Below, in pieces: positions 1-7,399 of a DNA stretch of 64,000 bases. The stretch covers positions 22,118 through 86,117 of the forward strand of contig JBGQCF010000004.1 in assembly GCA_041495205.1 (NCBI GenBank), written 5' to 3'. The notes beneath the pieces are model-generated. The model saw nothing but the letters and a program-made list of their open reading frames with translations. It did not search any database and had not been told where the DNA came from. The stretch comes from Gammaproteobacteria bacterium (GTDB taxonomy: Bacteria > Pseudomonadota > Gammaproteobacteria > Burkholderiales > JAHFRG01). Numbering within the stretch: position 1 is the stretch's first letter; each line of letters begins with the position of its first letter. The position numbers and the translations under genes were made by a program.

Positions 1-684
1 ATGTCGAAGATAATTAAAATTACCGATAAAACTGCAGCAGAAGATTTAAAAGGTAAAGTTCATGGCATGTTTTCAACAATTCTTGCTGATCCTCCTTGGC
101 AGTTTCAGAATAGAACCGGGAAAATGGCCCCAGAACATAAGCGACTGGCCAGATATCCGACCATGGAGCTGCAGGAAATCCTGGAGCTCCCCGTTCCGGC
201 ACTTGCCGCCGTATCTTCTCACCTTTACCTATGGGTCCCTAATGCTTTCATCGCAGAGGGTTTAGAAGTAATGAAAAGGTGGGGTTTTACGTACAAAACA
301 AACCTAGTCTGGTACAAGATTCGGAAAGACGGTGGCCCTGACGGCAGGGGCGTTGGATTTTATTTCCGTAACGTAACAGAATTAGTTTTATTTGGGATTC
401 GGGGCAATATGCGAACACTACCCCCTGGGCGACGTCAGGTTAATTTGCTAGCCTCACAGAAACGCGAGCACTCAAGAAAACCTGATGAACTTTACGATAT
501 TATCGAAACTTGTTCTCCTGGCCCCTATCTAGAACTTTTTGCGCGACAGCCCCGTATAGGCTGGACTCAATGGGGCAATGAACTTGTAGAGTCATATGCC
601 AATATGCCAGTCAAACAAAAAGATAAACAAATGCTATTGGTACTTAATCAACACAGGAGTAAATACAAAATCCAAACCAGGTAG
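1..684 (+). CDS. MT-A70 family (N6-adenine) DNA methyltransferase
   Basis: 227-aa ORF with the catalytic DPPW motif (ILADPPWQF) and an MT-A70-like core (LYLWVP, SRKPDE). Visibly AT-richer than its neighbours. ATG at nt 1, so it may be complete or cut by the window edge. Confidence 0.75.
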   Translation: MSKIIKITDKTAAEDLKGKVHGMFSTILADPPWQFQNRTGKMAPEHKRLARYPTMELQEILELPVPALAAVSSHLYLWVPNAFIAEGLEVMKRWGFTYKTNLVWYKIRKDGGPDGRGVGFYFRNVTELVLFGIRGNMRTLPPGRRQVNLLASQKREHSRKPDELYDIIETCSPGPYLELFARQPRIGWTQWGNELVESYANMPVKQKDKQMLLVLNQHRSKYKIQTR

Positions 685-768
685 CAGTGTAAATAAATTA
701 GACAAGTTTTATCCTCCTTCAGAAGCTGGCCGAATGCTGGCTGTGGCATAGCATCAAAGCTAAACCTA

Positions 769-1599
769 ATGAACATCACCTTCATCGGCGGCGGCAACAT
801 GGCAAGCGCCTTGATCGGCGGGCTATTGCAACAGGGCCACGCCGCCACCTCTTTGCGCGTCGTGGATGTTTCACAGCAAGCCCGCGACGCCATCAGCAAG
901 CGCTACGGCGTTGCCGTTTTCGCGGATCTGGCACAAGGCTGCACGGGTGCGGAAGTCATCATTCTTGCGGTGAAGCCGCAGCAGATGCGCGAAGTCGCGG
1001 TGCAACTCGGGCCTAATCTCTCCGGGCAAATTGTACTGAGTATCGCGGCAGGCATCCGTCTCAAGGATTTGATGCGATGGCTTGGCACACAGAATTGCAC
1101 GTTAGTACGCGCTATGCCGAACACCCCTGCACTGATTGGAGCGGGCATTACCGGGCTTGCTTTCTATAATTTCCCACCGAGGCATATCGTCACGCCACAG
1201 CAGCGCAAACAAATTGAAGCCGTCATGAGTGCAGTGGGAGGGGTTCTTTGGGTACGCAGCGAAGAAGACTTGGACGCAGTTACGGCAGTTTCGGGCAGCG
1301 GGCCGGCTTATGTATTTTATTTCATCGAGGCTCTGCAGCAAGCGGCGAAAGAACTCGGCTTTGACGACGATCAAGCCAAGAAACTCGTGCTCGCAACTTT
1401 TTCAGGCGCGGTGAAACTGGCGGAACAGGGCGAGGATGTGCAAATCTTGCGGCAACGCGTCACCTCCAAAGGCGGCACCACCGAGCGCGCGATGGCCAGC
1501 ATGGCAGCGGACCAGGTGAAAGAGGCGATCGTGCGCGCGATTCGCGCCGCCGCTGAGCGCTCGCGCGAACTCGGGGATGAATTCGGCAAGGCGGATTGA
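769..1599 (+). CDS. proC: pyrroline-5-carboxylate reductase
   Basis: 276 aa with an N-terminal Rossmann motif (ITFIGGGNMASALIGG) and the C-terminal ProC signature (VTSKGGTTE). Confidence 0.93.
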   Translation: MNITFIGGGNMASALIGGLLQQGHAATSLRVVDVSQQARDAISKRYGVAVFADLAQGCTGAEVIILAVKPQQMREVAVQLGPNLSGQIVLSIAAGIRLKDLMRWLGTQNCTLVRAMPNTPALIGAGITGLAFYNFPPRHIVTPQQRKQIEAVMSAVGGVLWVRSEEDLDAVTAVSGSGPAYVFYFIEALQQAAKELGFDDDQAKKLVLATFSGAVKLAEQGEDVQILRQRVTSKGGTTERAMASMAADQVKEAIVRAIRAAAERSRELGDEFGKAD

Positions 1600-1601
1600 T
1601 C

Positions 1602-2174
1602 ATGTTGGACCAGGCGCTGCAATTTCTACTGGAAACGGCAATCGGCCTCCTTACTTTCGCCCTGCTTCTGCGCTTCTATATGCAGTTGCTGAAAACCTCG
1701 TTTCGCAACCCGGTGGGGGAATTTGTGGTGGCGCTTACCGACTGGCTGGTACGCCCGGCGCGGCGCGTGATTCCCGGGCTGCATGGCCTGGACCTGGCAA
1801 GTCTTATTCTGGCCTGGGCGATGCAAGCGCTGTTGCTGCTGGTGATTTACTGGATCAAAGGTTTCGTTTTCAGCGGCACGCCGGGGGTGGCTGCAGGTGT
1901 TTTATTGACGCTCGCCGTTCTGGAAATCCTGAAATACAGCGTTTACCTGCTGATTGTCTGCGTCATCGTTCAGGTGCTGTTGAGCTGGACCCATCCTTAT
2001 GCGGCGCTCGCGCCGCTGTTTAACAGCCTCACCCGGCCGTTTCTGCGCCCTTTCAAGCGCCTTATCCCTCCGATTGGAAATGTAGACCTGTCGCCACTTT
2101 TTGTTTTAGTCCTAGCTCAACTTGCGCTCATTCTCATCGCTCACGTCTATCGCATAATAGCAGGCATGTTTTAA
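1602..2174 (+). CDS. yggT: YggT family membrane protein
   Basis: Hydrophobic four-TM protein directly after proC, which is the conserved proC-yggT pairing. The ORF track begins at a TTG at 1596; the ATG at 1602 is preferred. Confidence 0.85.
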   Translation: MLDQALQFLLETAIGLLTFALLLRFYMQLLKTSFRNPVGEFVVALTDWLVRPARRVIPGLHGLDLASLILAWAMQALLLLVIYWIKGFVFSGTPGVAAGVLLTLAVLEILKYSVYLLIVCVIVQVLLSWTHPYAALAPLFNSLTRPFLRPFKRLIPPIGNVDLSPLFVLVLAQLALILIAHVYRIIAGMF

Positions 2175-2455
2175 ATCCCCCTTCTAAGCCGCCGAGTACC
2201 GCAGCCAAGCCGGGGAAAGTCGGCGAGCACTGTCTGAGCGCGAAGCGCGAGTTGCGCAGCCGCCCGGCGAGGCGAGGAACGGAGGGAACCCCGAAGGGGC
2301 GGCGAGGCAGGGCGTCCTTTTGTTTGGTTACTTTATTTTGGACGAGCAAAATAAAGTAACCAGCCGCCGGGCTGCCCCCGGCGAATTTTATTTCCCCCTC
2401 ACTCCTTCGGCAAGCTCAGGACAGACTCCGCCCTCTCCCGCCAGGGGAGAGGGTA
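2174..2455. mobile_element. MITE-like nonautonomous element, copy A (inverted homologue of 46600-46870)
   Basis: Aligns over its whole length, by eye about 75-80%, to the reverse complement of 46600-46870. Has TCCCC(C/T)T termini, TA at the flanks, and two conserved internal hairpins. Begins at the yggT stop codon. Confidence 0.6.
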
Positions 2456-2475
2456 TAAATGGAGTGCCGCGGCAG

Positions 2476-3930
2476 CTACATCAGCACAATATCGTACTGC
2501 TCCTGCGGGTACAGTGTTTCTACTTGCAGGCTGATCGGCTTGCCGATGAAGTCGCCCAGCATGGCAAGACTCTGCGATTCCTCATCAAGAAACATATCAA
2601 TCACTTCCTGCGAGGCGAGAATACGATACTCCCGGGCACTGAACTCGCGCGCCTCGCGCAGCAGCTCGCGCAGGATTGCGTAACAAACGGTCTGCGCGGT
2701 CTTCACTTCACCGCGCCCTTTACAAGTGGGACAGGGCTCGCACAGCACGTGCGCGAGACTCTCGCGAGTGCGCTTCCTGGTCATTTCAACCAGCCCCAGC
2801 GCGGTAAAGCCGTTCACCGTCATGCGCGTTCGATCGCACGCGAGCGCCTTCTTGAGCTCTGCAAGAACCGCGTTCCGATGTTCTTCGCTGTCCATGTCAA
2901 TGAAGTCCATTATGATGATGCCGCAGAGGTTGCGCAGCCTCAATTGCCGGGCGATGCCATGTGCCGCTTCCAGGTTGGTCTTGAAGATGGTGTCGTCGAA
3001 ATTGCGTCCGCCGACGAAGCCGCCAGTGTTTACGTCCACGGTGGTCAGCGCCTCGGTCTGGTCGATGATGAGATAGCCTCCGGACTTCAAATCCACGCGC
3101 CGCGCCAGCGCTTTTTCGATTTCGTCTTCCACGTCGTGAAGATCAAAGAGCGGACGCTCGCCGGTATAGTGCTCCAGCCGCTGTTTCGCGTTACGCATGT
3201 AATCCTCGGCGAACGCGCACATTTTTTGGAAGGTCTCGCGCGAATCCACCACGATGTGCCCGGTTTCCTCGCTGACAAAATCGCGCAACACGCGCAGGCT
3301 TAAGGTCAAGTCCTGGTAGAGCAAAGTGCGTGGCGGCGCGGATCGTGATTTCTCCTGAATGCCGCTCCATAGCTTGCGCAGATATTCGATGTCGGCAAGC
3401 AGCTCGCGCTCGCTCGCGGTTTCCGCCATGGTGCGGATGATGAATCCGCCGCTGCTCTCCTGCGGCAGAAGTTGCTGCATTTTCTGGCGCAAAACTTCCC
3501 GCTCTTCTTCGTCCTCAATTCTTTGCGAAATGCCGATGTGCGATTCCTGCGGAAGATAAACCAGCATGCGGCCGGCGATGCTGATTTGGGTGGTGAGGCG
3601 CGCTCCCTTGGTGCTGATCGGGTCCTTGATTACCTGCACCAGGAGGTTCTGCCCTTCGTGCAGCAGTTTTTCGATGGGCTTGTTGTGATCGCTATTCTGT
3701 CGCTGTACCCAGATGTCCGCAACATGCAGGAACGCCGCGCGCTCCAGGCCGATTTCCACAAACGCCGACTGCATGCCGGGCAGCACCCGGCACACTTCTC
3801 CGACATAAATGTTGCCGACCAACCCCCGGCCGCTCACGCGCTCGATATGCAGCTCCTGCACCACCCCCTGCTGCATTACCGCCACGCGCGTTTCCTGGGG
3901 TGTGACGTTAATCAGAATGTCTTCGCTCAC
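2476..3930 (-). CDS. rng: ribonuclease G
   Basis: 484 aa with an S1 domain followed by an RNase E/G catalytic core (VVVDSRE, IIDQTEALTTVDVNTG). Sits in the conserved maf-rng arrangement. Confidence 0.9.
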   Translation of the reverse strand: MSEDILINVTPQETRVAVMQQGVVQELHIERVSGRGLVGNIYVGEVCRVLPGMQSAFVEIGLERAAFLHVADIWVQRQNSDHNKPIEKLLHEGQNLLVQVIKDPISTKGARLTTQISIAGRMLVYLPQESHIGISQRIEDEEEREVLRQKMQQLLPQESSGGFIIRTMAETASERELLADIEYLRKLWSGIQEKSRSAPPRTLLYQDLTLSLRVLRDFVSEETGHIVVDSRETFQKMCAFAEDYMRNAKQRLEHYTGERPLFDLHDVEDEIEKALARRVDLKSGGYLIIDQTEALTTVDVNTGGFVGGRNFDDTIFKTNLEAAHGIARQLRLRNLCGIIIMDFIDMDSEEHRNAVLAELKKALACDRTRMTVNGFTALGLVEMTRKRTRESLAHVLCEPCPTCKGRGEVKTAQTVCYAILRELLREAREFSAREYRILASQEVIDMFLDEESQSLAMLGDFIGKPISLQVETLYPQEQYDIVLM

Positions 3931-4547
3931 AGCACGCTATAGCCAAATTCCCGCAGCAATTGCGCGGTTTCGAATAACGGCAAACCCATCACTCCGGAAT
4001 AACTGCCGTCAATTCCCGCGACGAAAGCCGCGGCCAAGCCCTGTATCGCGTAGCCGCCCGCCTTATCCAGTGCCTCGCTGACTGCAGCATAGTGGCGGAT
4101 TTCCTCCTCGGTAAGCTGCTTAAAGCGCACCAAAGTGGTAGACAGACCCAATTCCGTTTTATCCTCAAACTTCAGCGCCACCGCGGTGAGTACACAATGT
4201 TCTTTTCCTGAAAGTTCACTCAGCATGGCCACAACCATGTCGTGGCCGGTTGGCTTGCCGATGATTTTCCCTTCCAGCGCAACCGTGGTGTCGGCAGCCA
4301 GCACCGGGAAATGCCGCAGCTTGCGCTGCACGAGACATGACCAACCTGCTTCCGCCTTGGCGCACGCGATGCGCTTTACGTAATCTCCGGGAGGCTCGCC
4401 CGCGAGCGGCGCCTCGTCCACATCGGGCCCGCGCGCCAGATACTCCCGGAACTGCACCACTTCGAAATTCACCCCGATCTGTTTCAGCAGTTCGCGCCGG
4501 CGCGGGCTGCGTGAAGCAAGGTAAATGTGCTTAACAGCGAGCGTCAT
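3927..4547 (-). CDS. maf: Maf-like nucleoside triphosphate pyrophosphatase
   Basis: 206 aa with the N-terminal LASRSPRRRELL motif and GAYAIQG-like GGYAIQG. Overlaps the rng start by 4 nt. Confidence 0.9.
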   Translation of the reverse strand: MTLAVKHIYLASRSPRRRELLKQIGVNFEVVQFREYLARGPDVDEAPLAGEPPGDYVKRIACAKAEAGWSCLVQRKLRHFPVLAADTTVALEGKIIGKPTGHDMVVAMLSELSGKEHCVLTAVALKFEDKTELGLSTTLVRFKQLTEEEIRHYAAVSEALDKAGGYAIQGLAAAFVAGIDGSYSGVMGLPLFETAQLLREFGYSVL

Positions 4548-4556
4548 GTGTTTTAG

Positions 4557-5027
4557 TTATTTACGGTGATACGGATGGTTGTTCATCAGGGACACGGCCC
4601 GGTAGAGTTGCTCGGCCAGCACCACGCGCACCAGAGCATGCGGCAAGGTCATCGCGGAAAGCGACAACCGGGTATCTGCATCATTCTTGATTTCTTCGTG
4701 CAGCCCGTCAGCGCCGCCGATGACAAATGCCACATCGCGCCCCGCCTGCATCCAGACCGCAATATTTTGCGCAAACTGCTCGGTGCTTAAGGCTCGACCG
4801 CCTTCATCCAGCACCACCCGCCGGCAGTTGCGCGGCACGGAGGCGAGTATGCGTCCGCGCTCGGCATCCAGGACTTGGTTCAAGGATTTTCCGGCGCTGC
4901 GCTTTTCCGCTTTGATTTCGATGAGCTGCATCTTGGCCTTGGGTGGCATGCGCTTCGCGTATTCAGAGAAGCCCATGTCAACCCAGGCCGGCATTTTATT
5001 GCCCACCGCTATAATCCACAGCTTCAT
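4557..5027 (-). CDS. rlmH: 23S rRNA (pseudouridine1915-N3)-methyltransferase
   Basis: SPOUT fold family member beginning MKLWIIAVGNKMP and ending NHPYHR. ATG at 5027 is preferred over the GTG at 5030. Confidence 0.9.
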   Translation of the reverse strand: MKLWIIAVGNKMPAWVDMGFSEYAKRMPPKAKMQLIEIKAEKRSAGKSLNQVLDAERGRILASVPRNCRRVVLDEGGRALSTEQFAQNIAVWMQAGRDVAFVIGGADGLHEEIKNDADTRLSLSAMTLPHALVRVVLAEQLYRAVSLMNNHPYHRK

Positions 5028-5036
5028 CACTTTCTG

Positions 5037-5396
5037 CTAGAAGGCGGCAGTCTTACGGCCGCGGCGCGCCGGTCGGGAATAACTCCACAACTGCTCCAGG
5101 TTATAGTACTTGCGCACCGCGGGCTGCATTATATGAACCACCACGTCACCCAGATCCACCAGCACCCATTCGCCATTTTCCTGCCCTTCCACGCCGTATA
5201 TTTTTGCACCGAGGGATTTCAGTTTTTCCCGCACGTTGTTGGAAAGCGCCTTGGTCTGCCGCGTGGAGTCTGCGCTGGCGATGACCATCCAATTAAATAA
5301 ACTCGTCTTGGGCCGCACGTCGAGCACCACGATATCCCGCGCCTTGATGTCTTCCAGCGCTGCGACCGTGGCCTTGACCATTTTATCGAGTCTCAT
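5037..5396 (-). CDS. rsfS: ribosome silencing factor
   Basis: RsfS-like core (DIKARDIVVLDV...MVIASADSTRQ...WVLVDLGDVVVHIM). The ATG at 5396 forms an ATGA overlap with the nadD stop. The longer ORF to 5549 lies inside nadD. Confidence 0.85.
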   Translation of the reverse strand: MRLDKMVKATVAALEDIKARDIVVLDVRPKTSLFNWMVIASADSTRQTKALSNNVREKLKSLGAKIYGVEGQENGEWVLVDLGDVVVHIMQPAVRKYYNLEQLWSYSRPARRGRKTAAF

Positions 5397-6052
5397 CCGC
5401 CTCCATGATATAAACCCTTTGCCTGAATATAATCGAGAACCAATGGCGGAAGCAAATCGCGGACATCTTTGCCGCCGGCCAACCTCTCCCTGATCATCGA
5501 AGCGGAAATATCCACCGGCGTGACTTCCAAAACAATAATGGCGCCACACGGCTTGTCCCGTGCGGCGTGCGGCGATTTGGCGCGGCGCTTTGCAAACTCT
5601 TCCTTGAGTGGCGATTGAAAATGCCTTAGATCAAAGCCGGGGCGTTGGGCAACTACGATGTGCGCCAACTCAAACAACTTGTTCCAGCAGTACCACGAGG
5701 CAAGCCCGGCAAAGGCATCCGCTCCCATGAGCAGGCACAGCGGCCTTTTGCCGCCCAACTCAGCACGCATTGCGCTTAGCGTATCCACGGTGTAACTGGC
5801 GCCTTCGCGCAAAATCTCGCGCTGGTCCAGAACGAAACAGGGATTGCCGGAAATTGCTAGCTTGAGCATTTGCACGCGCTGCTCAGCTGAGGCATGTGGC
5901 TGGCCGCGGTGCGGCGGCACATTTGCCGGGACAAAACGCACCTCTGCAAGACCAAGGCGGTTGGCGGCTTCCTTGGCAAGCGCAAGATGGCCGTAATGCA
6001 CCGGATCAAATACGCCGCCAAAAACACCGATGGGTTTTAAATCACTGGCCAC
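5393..6052 (-). CDS. nadD: nicotinate-nucleotide adenylyltransferase
   Basis: 219 aa with the GGVFDPVHYGHL (H/T)xGH nucleotidyltransferase motif. Conserved nadD-rsfS-rlmH order. Confidence 0.9.
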   Translation of the reverse strand: MASDLKPIGVFGGVFDPVHYGHLALAKEAANRLGLAEVRFVPANVPPHRGQPHASAEQRVQMLKLAISGNPCFVLDQREILREGASYTVDTLSAMRAELGGKRPLCLLMGADAFAGLASWYCWNKLFELAHIVVAQRPGFDLRHFQSPLKEEFAKRRAKSPHAARDKPCGAIIVLEVTPVDISASMIRERLAGGKDVRDLLPPLVLDYIQAKGLYHGGG

Positions 6053-6061
6053 AGAAGAAAA

Positions 6062-7378
6062 TCAAAGGAGCAGACGGCGGATGTCGGAAAGCACCGAGCA
6101 AAGATAGGTAGTGAAGCGCGCAGCCGCAGCGCCGTCGATTACGCGGTGATCGTAAGAAAGCGCCAGCGGCAGCATCAGTCTCGGCACCAACTTGCCATCT
6201 TTGTATACCGGTTTGAGCTGTGCTTTGGATACGCCGAGTATCGCCACCTCGGGGGCGTTGATAATGGGTGTGAACGCTGTGCCGCCGATACCGCCCAGGC
6301 TGGAAATGGAAAAGCACCCGCCCTGCATTTCGGTCGGGGAAAGTTTCTTGTCGCGCGCCCGCTGGCTCACTTGCGCAAGCTCACGTGCCAAATCAAACAC
6401 CCCCTTGCGGTCAGCATCACGCATCACCGGCACCACCAGACCTTCAGGCGTATCCACTGCTACTCCAATGTGGAAATATTTTTTCAGAACCAGGTTTTCG
6501 CCGCTTTTGTCGAGCGAGGCGTTGAATTCCGGGTGCGCCTTCAGTGCCGTCACGCACGCCTTGATGAGAAACGAGAGCATGGTAAGCTTGAAACCTTGTT
6601 TTTCGGTTTCGGCGCTGCTGGACTTGCGGAACGCTTCAAGATCAGTGATGTCGGCTTCGTCATGCTGCGTGACATGAGGAATGCTAACCCAGTTACGGTG
6701 CAGGTTGGCGCCGGCAAGTTTCTTGATGCGCGATAGCGGAACCGTTTCAATCGCGCCGAACTTAGCGAAATCCACCTGCGGCATTTCCGGAAGCGTGAAA
6801 CCGGCGCCTGCGCGTGGCCGAGAGAGTTCGCTTTTCACATACCCTTGCACGTCTTCCTTGAGGATGCGGCTCTTCGGCCCGGAGCCACCGACCAAAGTGA
6901 GATTGACGCCCAACTCGCGCGCAAATCGGCGCACCGAAGGGCTGGCGTGTGCAAGAGGCGCGCGCTCCGGCATTGCCGGAAGCGTAGGTGGCGCATGTAA
7001 CCTCACATCCCGACCTTCCGCCTTAAGTGAAGCTGGAACAATTTTCTCTTGCTCCGCCCCGACAGAAGGAGAAGATGCAAGCGTCGCTACCGTTTCCGCA
7101 ACTTTAGCCGGGGCGGCCGTCGCAATCGGGGCCTCTTCGCTCACCCCGATGGCAAGAAGCACCGAGCCTTCGGAAACTTTGTCGCCCACCTTGATCTTGA
7201 GCGCCTTCACCACTCCACTGTAAGGCGAAGGAATATCCATGGTGGCCTTGTCGGACTCCAGCGTGACCAGCGGATCTTCCTTGTTCACCGCGTCGCCTGG
7301 CTTGACCAACACCTCGATGATGGGAACATTCTTGAAGTCGCCGATATCCGGCACCAAGACGTCTTTTACTATTCCCAT
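6062..7378 (-). CDS. aceF: dihydrolipoamide acetyltransferase (PDH E2)
   Basis: 438 aa with one lipoyl domain (LESDKATMDIPSP), an E3-binding domain and a catalytic domain (SYDHRVIDGA). Lies downstream of aceE. Confidence 0.9.
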   Translation of the reverse strand: MGIVKDVLVPDIGDFKNVPIIEVLVKPGDAVNKEDPLVTLESDKATMDIPSPYSGVVKALKIKVGDKVSEGSVLLAIGVSEEAPIATAAPAKVAETVATLASSPSVGAEQEKIVPASLKAEGRDVRLHAPPTLPAMPERAPLAHASPSVRRFARELGVNLTLVGGSGPKSRILKEDVQGYVKSELSRPRAGAGFTLPEMPQVDFAKFGAIETVPLSRIKKLAGANLHRNWVSIPHVTQHDEADITDLEAFRKSSSAETEKQGFKLTMLSFLIKACVTALKAHPEFNASLDKSGENLVLKKYFHIGVAVDTPEGLVVPVMRDADRKGVFDLARELAQVSQRARDKKLSPTEMQGGCFSISSLGGIGGTAFTPIINAPEVAILGVSKAQLKPVYKDGKLVPRLMLPLALSYDHRVIDGAAAARFTTYLCSVLSDIRRLLL

Positions 7379-7399
7379 TTTTATCGCTCAGCCAGCCAA

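Noticed and set aside
5397-5549. N-terminal extension of the rsfS ORF (170 aa in the track).
   Set aside because: The extension lies wholly inside nadD in another frame. The conserved RsfS core starts at the ATG at 5396, which forms an ATGA junction with the nadD stop.
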